A stretch of 64,000 nucleotides of DNA from Kiritimatiellia bacterium (lineage in GTDB: Bacteria; Verrucomicrobiota; Kiritimatiellia; RFP12; JBMNHG01): the NCBI GenBank assembly GCA_050950285.1, contig JBMNHG010000006.1, positions 231,167-295,166 on the forward strand, given 5' to 3'. The translations under genes were made by a program, and so were the position numbers. Of this stretch, positions 19,133-28,729 are shown in pieces; within the stretch, counting starts at the first letter, position 1; every line of letters begins with the position of its first letter. The notes under the pieces were generated by a model. The model ran no database searches and was not told where the DNA came from. It saw only the letters and a list, made by a program, of their open reading frames with translations.

Positions 19133-20927
19133 AAAACCCTCCACCTCCGGAGACTCCTGGGCGGCGGCGCGCGCGTGCCTCGGCCCGGACGGCATGCTCA
19201 GCGTCGTCATGCCCGCCTATTGCCTGGCGGAATGCATCGGCGCGAACATCGCCCGCGTGTGCGACCTCCTCGACGGCCGCATCCCCTTCGAAGTCGTCCC
19301 CGTGGATGACGGCAGCAAGGACAATACCGCCGACGCAATCCGCCAGGCCGCCGCGGGCGACCCCCGCGTAAAGCCGGTGCTTCTCGGGGAGAACGTCGGA
19401 AAGGGCGCGGCCCTCGCCAAAGGCTTCGCCGCCAGCCGCGGCTCCCACGTGCTCCTGCTCGACGGAGACCTCGACCTCGACCCCGCCATGCTCGACCGCT
19501 TCTTCGACGTGATGCTGCAGGAACAGGCGCATATCGTCATCGGCTCGAAGCGCCATCCCCGCTCGGAGGTCGACTACCCCCTCTCCCGGCGCCTCGCCAG
19601 CAGGGTCTACTACTCCATCGTGCGCCTGCTCGTGGGGCTGCCCGTCACCGACACCCAGACCGGCATGAAGCTCTTCGTCCGTCCGGCGCTCGCCTGCGCC
19701 CTCGAACGCATGCTGACCAAGCGCTTCGCCTTCGACGTGGAACTTCTCGCCATCGCCCACGAACACGGCTTCGCCGTGGCCGAAGCCCCCATCCGGATGC
19801 ACTTCGGCCGCAAGCTGGGTTCCCTCTCCCTGGAAAACGTGAGGACCGTGATGAACGACACCCTCGCGATCTTCTACCGCCTCCGCGTGCTCCGCTACTA
19901 CCAGCACGTCGTCCCCTGCGCCATGCCGAATCCGCCGCCCCTCGTGTCCATCGTCGTCGCTTGCCCCGCCCCCTCCCCCTACCTCGCCGAATGCCTCGAC
20001 GCAATCTCCGCGCTTTCCTACCGCCCCTTCGAGACCATCGTCCTCCCCGACGAACCCGCAGACGACTTCCCCTGGCCCGGCCACGTCCGGGTGATCCCCA
20101 CCGGCAAGCTCCGTCCCGCCGAAAAGCGGAACCTCGGCATCGAGGCCGCCAAGGGCGAGATTGTCGCCCTGCTCGACGACGACGCCGCGCCGTTGCCCGA
20201 CTGGCTCGACCACGCCATCCCCTACTTCTCCGATCCCACCGTCGGCGCCGTGGGCGGCCCCGCCGTCACCCCGCCCTCCGACCCTCCCCTCGCCCAGGCC
20301 GGCGGCCTCGTCTACGCCTCCCCCCTCGTCTCCGGCACCTGCCGCTACCGCTATGTGTCGGAACGCGTGCGCGACGTCGACGACCTCCCCAGCTGCAACC
20401 TTCTCGTGCGCACCGCGACCCTGCGCGACATCGGGGGCTTCCGGACGGACTTCTGGCCCGGCGAAGACACCATCCTCTGCCTGGACATCACCCGCAAGGC
20501 GAAGCAACGCATCGTCTACGACCCCTGGAGCGTGGTCCGCCACCACCGCCGCCCCCTCTTCGGGCCCCACCTGCGCCAGGTCGGCCGATACGCGCTCCAT
20601 CGCGGCTATTTCGCGAAACGATTCCCCGAAACCTCGCGCCGCATCTCGTACATGGTGCCGACGATCTTCGTGTGCGGGCTCGTCCTCGGCGCCGTCGCCT
20701 CGTTCTTCCACCCCTGGATCCGCATCGCCTACCTCGGCGCGCTGGCCTTCTATCTCGCGACAACGTTCCTCGCCTCGTTCCACCCCAACCTGCTCCGTTG
20801 GCTGCAGGTGTGGCTCGGCGTGATGGCCACGCACCTCGTCTACGGCGTCCGCTTCCTCCAGGGGATCCTCTCGCGCCGCATGCCCTGCGAGGTCGCCCGA
20901 TTCGACCATCCCTCCGAAAAGCCCTAG
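19125..20927 (+). CDS. tandem GT2-GT2 glycosyltransferase (N-terminal DPM1-like domain, second GT2 domain with C-terminal TM helices)
   Basis: SVVMPAY, VDDGSKD, NVGKGAAL, DGDLD, DTQTGMKLF, FDVE; second domain RNLGI, LDDD, GED; hydrophobic tail. Confidence 0.9.
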   Translation: MNRKPSTSGDSWAAARACLGPDGMLSVVMPAYCLAECIGANIARVCDLLDGRIPFEVVPVDDGSKDNTADAIRQAAAGDPRVKPVLLGENVGKGAALAKGFAASRGSHVLLLDGDLDLDPAMLDRFFDVMLQEQAHIVIGSKRHPRSEVDYPLSRRLASRVYYSIVRLLVGLPVTDTQTGMKLFVRPALACALERMLTKRFAFDVELLAIAHEHGFAVAEAPIRMHFGRKLGSLSLENVRTVMNDTLAIFYRLRVLRYYQHVVPCAMPNPPPLVSIVVACPAPSPYLAECLDAISALSYRPFETIVLPDEPADDFPWPGHVRVIPTGKLRPAEKRNLGIEAAKGEIVALLDDDAAPLPDWLDHAIPYFSDPTVGAVGGPAVTPPSDPPLAQAGGLVYASPLVSGTCRYRYVSERVRDVDDLPSCNLLVRTATLRDIGGFRTDFWPGEDTILCLDITRKAKQRIVYDPWSVVRHHRRPLFGPHLRQVGRYALHRGYFAKRFPETSRRISYMVPTIFVCGLVLGAVASFFHPWIRIAYLGALAFYLATTFLASFHPNLLRWLQVWLGVMATHLVYGVRFLQGILSRRMPCEVARFDHPSEKP

Positions 20928-20946
20928 GCTGGGGCGATTTTCCGAC

Positions 20947-22392
20947 ATGGCCCGTCCCCTTCCATCGAATCCGTCCGAGCCCTCCGGAAACACCCCGTCC
21001 AACCTGGGGGGCGACGATCGTCCGCCTTCGTTCGTTCGCCGCGTTTCGCACGCCATCGGCCGTCTCCGCGAACGCTCCGGCGAACTGTGGTGGTACACCG
21101 CCTGGTTCTTCCTATCGAACCGCGTCGGCGACGTGATCAACCTCGTCATCGGCCTCTTTCTTGTGCCCCGCGTACTCGATGCAAGCCAGCTCGGAGCGGT
21201 CACGCCCCTCATGCAGGTCGGAACGGCGGTCTCCCTCCCGCTCGCACTGCTGCTGCTCCCCGTCGGCAAGTTCCTGAACGTCTTCGCCACGAAAGGCGAA
21301 ACCGGGAAATGCCGCGCCCTGTTGCAGGACACCCTCTTCGTTTCCGCCCTCTTCGCCATCGGCATGGCCATCTGGCTCTTCGCCTGCGGCGACGCCCTGC
21401 TCCTGCGTCTCGGCGTGGAGAACCGCCGCCTGCTCTGGCCTATCGCGGGCTTCGCCCTGCTGTCCTGCATCCAGCCGGTGCTGGACAGCGCCTCGAGGTC
21501 GCTCAAGCTCTTCGACACCATCCTCTGGGGGAACGCCATAACCCCCTACGTGCGGCTGGCCGCCATGCTCCTCCTCCTCGCCCCGCTCGGCGTGCTCGGC
21601 TACATGCTGGCCCAGCTGTCGTCGGCCCTCGCGAACGCCCTCCTGCTTCTCGCCATGATCGTCTGGGTGCTGCGCCGCATGGGCCGCCGCATGCCCTACC
21701 TCCGCGAGCACGGACGCGAAATGTTCGCCTACGCCCTCCCCCTGGCGCTGTTCACCTTCGCTTCGAGAATCCAAGGGCCGATGGAGCCGTTCGTCATCCG
21801 CCGCTGGCTGCCCGAGGAGGTCTCCGCCGGCTACTACTTCGTCGTGACGCTCGGCACCATCCCCACCTATTTCACGCTGGCGATGGCTCCGTTCCTCTGG
21901 ACGCTCGTCTCCGAGCGTTTCGAGAAGGGCCAGTCCACCCAGTCGCTCCTGCTTCATTCGCAGGCCTTCGCCCTGGGCGTCGGAGGTCTCTTCACCCTTC
22001 TCTTCGCCCTCTTCACCCCGTGGTTCTTCTCCCTTCCCGGCCCCTGGCGCGACTACACCGGATACGCGGGCTTCGTCTGGCAGGTGAGCTTGATCCGCAC
22101 GCTCCGCACATCGCTCGACTATTTCATGGCGTACGAGAACGCCTGCCGCCGCTTCCGCTACCTGTGGTACGTGGTGCCCACCATGCTCGTCGAGTCCGCC
22201 CTCCTCTACGGGCTCCCCGGCTGGGGCGCCTTCCGGGGCGTCCTCCCCGCCACCCTCTGGGCGAGGGTGGATGGTTGGGTAGCGAATCGCCTCTCGTTGC
22301 AATTCTTCCTGAACATCATGATTGCCGCCCATGTCGTCTTCGTGGCGGGCCTCTTCCTCCAATTGCTCCACCGCCGACGACACGCCGCCTGA
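20947..22392 (+). CDS. Wzx/MOP-family oligosaccharide flippase-like membrane protein
   Basis: About 12 hydrophobic segments, located between glycosyltransferase genes, AGYY motif in the C-terminal half. Confidence 0.65.
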   Translation: MARPLPSNPSEPSGNTPSNLGGDDRPPSFVRRVSHAIGRLRERSGELWWYTAWFFLSNRVGDVINLVIGLFLVPRVLDASQLGAVTPLMQVGTAVSLPLALLLLPVGKFLNVFATKGETGKCRALLQDTLFVSALFAIGMAIWLFACGDALLLRLGVENRRLLWPIAGFALLSCIQPVLDSASRSLKLFDTILWGNAITPYVRLAAMLLLLAPLGVLGYMLAQLSSALANALLLLAMIVWVLRRMGRRMPYLREHGREMFAYALPLALFTFASRIQGPMEPFVIRRWLPEEVSAGYYFVVTLGTIPTYFTLAMAPFLWTLVSERFEKGQSTQSLLLHSQAFALGVGGLFTLLFALFTPWFFSLPGPWRDYTGYAGFVWQVSLIRTLRTSLDYFMAYENACRRFRYLWYVVPTMLVESALLYGLPGWGAFRGVLPATLWARVDGWVANRLSLQFFLNIMIAAHVVFVAGLFLQLLHRRRHAA

Positions 22393-22401
22393 GGATCCCG
22401 C

Positions 22402-24885
22402 ATGAAACCGCCTCCCTCCCGCCTCCATCCGTCCCAAGCCCTCCTTCCCGCCCTCGCCTGCGTCGCGATTGCGCTGGTTGTCTTCTGGCCCGTCCTCCCC
22501 GTGTTCCAGGCGCAGTTCGCGCCGGACAGCATGCCCTATTTCGGACCCCACCACGGCCTCCGCCAGATCGAGGACGTGCTCTTCCGCGGCGACTCCATCC
22601 CCCCAAGCATCCTGTACTGGCTCGCCCTTCCGCCGCTCGTCGCGCACGAACTCACCTACCTCGTGGACACCCTTCTGATGGTTGCCGCAGGCGCGCTCTA
22701 CCTCTTGGGCCGCCGCGTGCGCCCCGCAGTGGCCTGGCTGGGCGGCGCCGCGCTCGGCTTCTCCGGCTATTCGTTCACGCTCGTCTCCGCCGGCCATCGC
22801 GGCTATTTCCACATGATGGCCTGTACGCTCTTCGCCTTCCCCCTGCTGGAGCGCATCTTCCGGAAGGAAGGCCGCCGCTGGCCCCGGTTCGCCCTGCTCG
22901 GCTTCGCCCTCGGCTGGGGCATCCTCACACAGCCCGACGTCTTCACGCTCGTCGCCGCCCTCGCCGTGTTCTACCTCCTTTGGCTCACCTTCCGCCGATC
23001 CGCCGTCGAAGGATGCGAAACAGAGCCCGTCTTCCATCGCATCCGCCGCGTCTGGCCTGGATTCGCCATCGCCCTCGCGGCGTTTCTCCTCGCCGGCGGC
23101 GGCATCTTCCATGCCCTCGCCACGCGCTTCATCCCGGACCGCCTCGCCCAGATGCGCGGCGGGACCCCCGCCCACGCCGTCGAACAGGCGCCCGCCGTCT
23201 CATCCGGGGAGGCGGCCGAGCGGAAGCGGGAAGACTGGATCTTCGCCACGAACTGGAGCCTGCCGCCCGAAGACATGCTCGAATTCGTCGCCCCTTGCGT
23301 GCGAGGCATCGAAACCTCGAGCGAGGTTTGCCCGTACTGGGGCCGCCTCGGCCGTTCGGACGGCTGGGAAACGTCCCGACAGGGCTTCCGGAACTTCCGC
23401 CAGCACACCCTCTACCTCGGCGCCATCCAGGTGCTCTTCGCGCTCCTCGCCGTCGGCGCCTGGTTCCGCCACCGCAAGGACGAGCCCCTCCCCCCCTGGC
23501 TTCGCGACGTTCCCTTCTGGGCCGTTTCCGGCCTGGTCGCCCTGCTGCTGTCCTTCGGCCGCTACGCACCCTTCTACCGCGTCTTTTACGCCATCCCCGG
23601 CATGAGCCTCCTGCGCGCCCCCGTGAAGCTCCTCCATCTCACCGAAATCTGCGTCGCCATGCTCTTCGCCTGCGGATTGGCCGAGGTGCTCCAGCGCAAG
23701 GCGGAGAAGCCTCTTCCCCTGACCGCTCCTGTTCTCCTCGCACTCCCCGGAATCGCCCTCGTGGCCGCTTCGGCCCTCGTGCGCGGCGGCCCCGCCACGC
23801 TCCTCGAATCCTGGAAGGCCCTCGGATACCCCCCCGACTACGCACGGGTCTTCCTCCCGCAAATGGCGGGCGCCCTGCTCCACGGCGGCCTCCTGTGGCT
23901 GGCGGGCGTCGCCATCTGGCTCGTCGGACGCAAGGGGGGAAAGAGCGCGACCATCGCCCTTCTCCTGGCCTGGCTGTGCGTGGGCGGCGACCTGATCGCC
24001 GTCTCCCGCCTCTACATCCGTCCGTTCGACGTGTCGAGGCTCTACCGCGACCATCCGCTGTTCGACACGATCCTCGAAGACGACTCCATCCCCTGCCCCT
24101 TCGTGGCCAACCTCGTCTCCAACCACCCCCTCGACGGGCACGACCCGCTCGGCAACGCCCTTTCGTTCCACGGCATCCAGACGGCGGGCAGGAGCGACCA
24201 CGCCCGCGACGCCGTGCTCCGCTTTCGCGCGGACCCCGTCCGCTTCTGGGATGTGTCGTGCGCCGACTACCTCCTCGCGCCCGAAAGCCTCCTCAAGCAA
24301 CTCCCCCTCTCCACCTTCCGGCCCCTCTCGAGGATCGACGTCGGAAGATGGAAGGGGTCCGGACCGGACGCCCGCGCCGTCCTCCTCCGGCGCAAGGACC
24401 CCGTCCCCTTCGCCGCCTGGCACGCCTCGTGGCGAAACGTTCCGGGCGACGAGCAGCTCGACGCCCTCGCCCGCTCCACCCGGAATCCACATGCCGAACC
24501 GCTCGTGGACGCGCCCGGACCCGGACCCGCCACGGGCGCCGTCCCGGACGCCACCGTCGACGTGCTCTCCGTGCGCATGGGCCGCAAGGCCGCGTTGGAC
24601 AACGTCGTCCGCACGAAATCCTCCGCCCCCGGCCTCGTCGCGATCCGCCACTACTACAACATCCCGAGCGAAGCCCTGCTCGACGGCGCGCCTGCGCCGC
24701 TTCGCCGCTGCAACGCCCTCTGGTGCGCCGTGGAAGTCCCCGCAGGCGACCATGAGGTCGTCGTGCGCCGGAAACGCAGTGGAAAGCTCGCCCTCTTCCT
24801 GAGCCTGGCCGCGTTCCCCGCCTTCCTCGTCTCGCTGGCGTTCTGCAAGCGCGCCCGGACGCCTTCGGATTCCCGCCCCGCCTGA
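22402..24885 (+). CDS. YfhO-like polytopic membrane protein (putative GT-C glycosyltransferase)
   Basis: Multiple TMs, WSLPPE.L, YWG, LYLG, RAPVK, periplasmic C-terminal domain ending AVEVPAGDHEVV plus a final TM. Confidence 0.75.
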   Translation: MKPPPSRLHPSQALLPALACVAIALVVFWPVLPVFQAQFAPDSMPYFGPHHGLRQIEDVLFRGDSIPPSILYWLALPPLVAHELTYLVDTLLMVAAGALYLLGRRVRPAVAWLGGAALGFSGYSFTLVSAGHRGYFHMMACTLFAFPLLERIFRKEGRRWPRFALLGFALGWGILTQPDVFTLVAALAVFYLLWLTFRRSAVEGCETEPVFHRIRRVWPGFAIALAAFLLAGGGIFHALATRFIPDRLAQMRGGTPAHAVEQAPAVSSGEAAERKREDWIFATNWSLPPEDMLEFVAPCVRGIETSSEVCPYWGRLGRSDGWETSRQGFRNFRQHTLYLGAIQVLFALLAVGAWFRHRKDEPLPPWLRDVPFWAVSGLVALLLSFGRYAPFYRVFYAIPGMSLLRAPVKLLHLTEICVAMLFACGLAEVLQRKAEKPLPLTAPVLLALPGIALVAASALVRGGPATLLESWKALGYPPDYARVFLPQMAGALLHGGLLWLAGVAIWLVGRKGGKSATIALLLAWLCVGGDLIAVSRLYIRPFDVSRLYRDHPLFDTILEDDSIPCPFVANLVSNHPLDGHDPLGNALSFHGIQTAGRSDHARDAVLRFRADPVRFWDVSCADYLLAPESLLKQLPLSTFRPLSRIDVGRWKGSGPDARAVLLRRKDPVPFAAWHASWRNVPGDEQLDALARSTRNPHAEPLVDAPGPGPATGAVPDATVDVLSVRMGRKAALDNVVRTKSSAPGLVAIRHYYNIPSEALLDGAPAPLRRCNALWCAVEVPAGDHEVVVRRKRSGKLALFLSLAAFPAFLVSLAFCKRARTPSDSRPA

Positions 24886-24926
24886 TTGCGCCTGCCTTGC
24901 CCAAAAGACGCCGAGGAATGCCCGCC

Positions 24927-26717
24927 ATGCATGTCCGCCTCTTTCCCGTCCTCTTTTTCGCCGTGCGCCTGCTTCTGGCCGCCGTTCCGGCCCCGGCGCA
25001 ACAGCCCGCCCCCGGACCCGCGTCCGCCACGCTCGACGTGCCGTTCTCGCGCCCTCCCGCGATCGACGGCGCCATCGGCGAAAAGGAATGGCGGAAGGCC
25101 GCCCGCATCGACTCCCTCCGGCCCTCGCTGGACCACGCCGACGATCCACGCCCCCTCCCGCCCACCACCGTCTTCCTCGCACACGATCGCACGCACCTCT
25201 ACGTGGCCTTCGATTGTGTCGATGACGACATCGATTTCGTCGAAGGCCGCTTCGCCCACGACGACGCGCTCTACAACGGCGACGTCGTCGAAGCGTACCT
25301 CGACGCGGGCCTCGACGGCCGCTGCTATGTCGAGCTCGAATGCGCGCCCGACGGCACCACGCTCGACGCCCTCCACACCTTCGCGCGCCCCCCCGCCATC
25401 GGGCCCGACGACAAAGCGGACGCCGCGTCGCGCCGGACCCTGGTCTCCACCCCTGCCTGGGAGATGGAAGGATGGCGCACCGCCGCCGTCCGCACGGAAA
25501 CGGGCTGGAGCGTCGAGATGGCCATCCCCTTCGCCACCCTTCCGCGGCCCGCCGCAGAAGGAGCCGCCGAACGCGCGATCCTGCGGACCGACGGTCCCGC
25601 GCCGCTGGAACTGCGCGCGCAGTTCGTCCGCTACGACCGCCTGCGCGAAGGCCCTTCCCGCAAACGCCTCCTGCACCAGGCCTGGACCGCCATCCGCGAA
25701 GGCTCCCCGCACGTCACCCCCCACCGCATGGGAACGCTTCGCCTCGTGCCGCCGAAGCCCTTCCCCGGACTGGATGGGACGCTTCTGGCCGGCGCGCTCA
25801 TGGCGATCGTCACCGGCCTCTCCTGGGTGGTGGTGGGCGTGGTCTCCAGCCATGCCGCGCAACGCGGCGCGAACTATGCGCTCGTGCAGTGGCTCACCAA
25901 CCTCTTCTCGATGCTGGCCGTGACAGGGCTCCTCCTCGCGGCGGGCGGAACGTCGCTCCGCGATGCCTTCCTCCCCGAAGCTCCACGGCGCGCCGCCGCG
26001 CTTTCCATCTTCGCCTTCGGCTTCATCAACTACTACATGCTCGCCGTCATGAACGAGGCCATGCGGCGCGGTCCGCACGGCCTGACGTGGACCATCACGC
26101 AGTCCGGCTTCATCCTGCCCTTTCTGATGGGCGGGATCCTCTTCCCCGAGAAGGCGGGATGGACGCTCCTGCGCGTGGCGGGCATCGTCGCCATCCTCTT
26201 CAACGTGTTCGTGGACGGCCTGTCGAAACGAGCCGGCGACGACGCCGCCCCCGCCACGAAGGGATGGTTCCCCCTCGCCTTCGCGGCGCTCCTGCTGTGC
26301 GGCGCGAACCAGTGCTTCGTGAACCTGCCCTCGTACTGGGAAGAGAGCCGCCAGCTCCCCGTGATGGGACGCATGGCCTGGAGCGGCATCGGCGCGTTCG
26401 CCGGGCTCGCGACCCATGCGATCTTCAGCGAGGGGCCGCGCCGCCTCGCCGCCGCGTGGCCGGAGTTCCGCGTGGCGGCAGCCGGCGCGGCAACCATCAC
26501 CGTGGTGAACACCGTCGTCTCCCTCAAGCTTTACTACGTGTGCATGGACCGCCTTGCGGCCGCAAACGCCGGCGCGATCGCGCTCCCGCTGATGGTCGGC
26601 GCCTGCTTCTGCGGTTTCTTCCTCTACAGCGCCTTCGTCCTCCGCGAACGGACGACCACCCTGCAAAAGATCGCCTTCGCCGGCGGCCTCGCCGGCATCG
26701 CCTTCCTTTGCCTCTGA
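24927..26717 (+). CDS. fusion of a CBM9-like (DOMON-like) sugar-binding domain and a DMT/EamA-type multi-TM domain
   Basis: Signal peptide; PAIDG.I.E.EW, LYVAF, DVVEAYLD, YVELE, WSVEMAIPF; then ~10 TM helices ending VLRERTT..KI.F. Confidence 0.75.
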   Translation: MHVRLFPVLFFAVRLLLAAVPAPAQQPAPGPASATLDVPFSRPPAIDGAIGEKEWRKAARIDSLRPSLDHADDPRPLPPTTVFLAHDRTHLYVAFDCVDDDIDFVEGRFAHDDALYNGDVVEAYLDAGLDGRCYVELECAPDGTTLDALHTFARPPAIGPDDKADAASRRTLVSTPAWEMEGWRTAAVRTETGWSVEMAIPFATLPRPAAEGAAERAILRTDGPAPLELRAQFVRYDRLREGPSRKRLLHQAWTAIREGSPHVTPHRMGTLRLVPPKPFPGLDGTLLAGALMAIVTGLSWVVVGVVSSHAAQRGANYALVQWLTNLFSMLAVTGLLLAAGGTSLRDAFLPEAPRRAAALSIFAFGFINYYMLAVMNEAMRRGPHGLTWTITQSGFILPFLMGGILFPEKAGWTLLRVAGIVAILFNVFVDGLSKRAGDDAAPATKGWFPLAFAALLLCGANQCFVNLPSYWEESRQLPVMGRMAWSGIGAFAGLATHAIFSEGPRRLAAAWPEFRVAAAGAATITVVNTVVSLKLYYVCMDRLAAANAGAIALPLMVGACFCGFFLYSAFVLRERTTTLQKIAFAGGLAGIAFLCL

Positions 26718-26737
26718 CGCCGCGGACGCCCTGCGCC

Positions 26738-27610
26738 ATGAACGCTTCCCTGAAAGGCCACCTCTGGGCGTTGACCAGCGTCTTCTGCTGGGGCATCATG
26801 TTCCCCGTGGGATGCCTGCTCATGGACGACGCCACCCTCGCGCCGTCGATGGTCGCCATGCTCCGCTATCTCATCGCGGCACCCCTCCTCTTCGGCGTCG
26901 GCTTCCTCCTCCACGGGCGCGGGATGCTTCCCCGGCGCGCCACCGACTGGCCCGCCCTCGCGCTGCTGGGGTTGATTGGCTCTTCGATGATGGCCTCCCT
27001 GCTGTTCCGGGCGCAGCAGAAGGGCGTCTCCCCCATCGCCTCGTCCCTGCTCGAAGCCTACGTCCCCATCCAGGTGCTGCTCCTCGGCTTCCTCATGGGC
27101 CGCAAAGCCACCGTGCGACAGGTCTTCGCCATCCTCCTCGGCTTCTTTGGCGCCCTGCTCGTCCTCAAAGGCATCACCTTCGACGGCCTGCAGATCAAGC
27201 GCTTGACGACGGGCGACCTGCTCATCTTCCTCGCGGGCCTCTGCTGGGCGCTCTACACCATCCTCGGACGCCCCATCGCCACGCGGATGGGAGGGCTGCC
27301 CTTCACCGCCTGGACCGTCCTCTTCGGCGGGCTCTGGCTTTTGCCCTGCAACTTCGCCGGCGGCGCCACCGCCATGCCGGCGACCGTTCCACAGTGGATG
27401 GGGATCCTCTTCCTGGCGATCTTCCCTACGGCCGTCGCCTTCTTCAGCTGGAACGAGGCACAACGGCACATCTCCCTGGAGCGGCTGAGCTTCATCGAGT
27501 ACTTCACGCCCATCGTCGCCGCGCTCGGCGGGCTCTGCATCGGGGAGCCGGTCACCGCCTGCCAATGGCTGGGCGCCGCCATCATCCTCGTCTCCGCCCT
27601 CTTCCAATGA
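26738..27610 (+). CDS. EamA/DMT family transporter
   Basis: Start MNASLK; WG, LRYLIA, GDLLIFLAGLCWALY, GEPVT..QWLGAAII. Confidence 0.9.
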   Translation: MNASLKGHLWALTSVFCWGIMFPVGCLLMDDATLAPSMVAMLRYLIAAPLLFGVGFLLHGRGMLPRRATDWPALALLGLIGSSMMASLLFRAQQKGVSPIASSLLEAYVPIQVLLLGFLMGRKATVRQVFAILLGFFGALLVLKGITFDGLQIKRLTTGDLLIFLAGLCWALYTILGRPIATRMGGLPFTAWTVLFGGLWLLPCNFAGGATAMPATVPQWMGILFLAIFPTAVAFFSWNEAQRHISLERLSFIEYFTPIVAALGGLCIGEPVTACQWLGAAIILVSALFQ

Positions 27611-27628
27611 CGCGACAACGGCGCACCC

Positions 27629-28726
27629 TCAACGAAGGGCGGGCGGCTTGGCGGCAAGCCTCGCGACGGCGTCGGCGACGCGCTCCCACGTGAATTCCCT
27701 GGCATGGGCAACGCCCCGGCGAATCGCGGCCTCGCGCGTCTCCGGGGAATCCAGCAGGCGCCGCACCGCCCCGGCGAATCCCTGCGGGGAATCCGCTGCG
27801 GCGGCGACACCGGGAAGAAGTTCGGAGGCGATGCCCGGGGAGGCGACGACCGGGCAGCCGCTCGCCATTGCCTCGAGCACGGTCAGCCCGAAACCTTCGT
27901 CCAATGCGGGATGCACCAGAGCGAAGGCCATGCGGTACAGGTCGGCCAAGTCGGCGTCGGACACCCTTCCAAGGCGGACGACGCGAAGGGCGCCGTTTCC
28001 GGCTTCGCAGGCGTCCGTCCCCTTCCCCGCCAGCACAAGCGGCAGGGGGAGAGGGGCGCGGAGAAGCGAGGCAAGGTTTTTGCGCGGTGCGGCGTTCCCC
28101 ACGAACAGAAGAAAGCGTTCGGGCAACGCATGCCGGGTGCGTAGCGATGCGGCGCGCCGCTGGAATCCGGAATCGGCCGGTGCGAGAAAGCGCGGGCTGA
28201 CGCCAAGCGGAACGACGGTCACCCGGGATTCCGCGGGCGTCTCCGATTCCGGGAAGAGGCGGAGGAGCGTATCTCGCACGCGGGCCGAGGGCACGAGGAT
28301 TTGCCATGCCTTGCGGATGGAGCGCGGCAGCACCGCCCGGTAGTGAAGGCGGTTCGGGCGCGTGCAGGTTTCGGGATGGGTGAAGACATGGAGGTCGTAG
28401 ACGTTCAGCATCACCGGGACACGCGTCAGCAGCGGGGCCACATAGGCGGGCGCATGCAACCGGTCCGGCGGGTCGCGCCGCAGCATCGCCGGAAACACGA
28501 GCTGCTCCCACAGGATGCGCAGGCCTCGATTCCGGGTCCATTCGGGGATGGCATGGAAACGGACGCCGGACGGCATTTCCGGAGGGACGTCGCTTCGCCT
28601 CGCATACAGGCGAAGGGAGGACGGATGGCGCGCGGCGAGGGCCAGGAATTGCTCGCGGATGGCGCGTTCCACTCCGGATCCGGCCAGGGAGAGCTGGGAG
28701 CCGAGATAGGCGACGCGGGGCGGCAT
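27629..28726 (-). CDS. glycosyltransferase family 4
   Basis: SGVER, VYDL, PRKNL, EGFGLTVLEAMASGCPVV, FTWER. Confidence 0.9.
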   Translation of the reverse strand: MPPRVAYLGSQLSLAGSGVERAIREQFLALAARHPSSLRLYARRSDVPPEMPSGVRFHAIPEWTRNRGLRILWEQLVFPAMLRRDPPDRLHAPAYVAPLLTRVPVMLNVYDLHVFTHPETCTRPNRLHYRAVLPRSIRKAWQILVPSARVRDTLLRLFPESETPAESRVTVVPLGVSPRFLAPADSGFQRRAASLRTRHALPERFLLFVGNAAPRKNLASLLRAPLPLPLVLAGKGTDACEAGNGALRVVRLGRVSDADLADLYRMAFALVHPALDEGFGLTVLEAMASGCPVVASPGIASELLPGVAAAADSPQGFAGAVRRLLDSPETREAAIRRGVAHAREFTWERVADAVARLAAKPPALR

Positions 28727-28729
28727 GGG

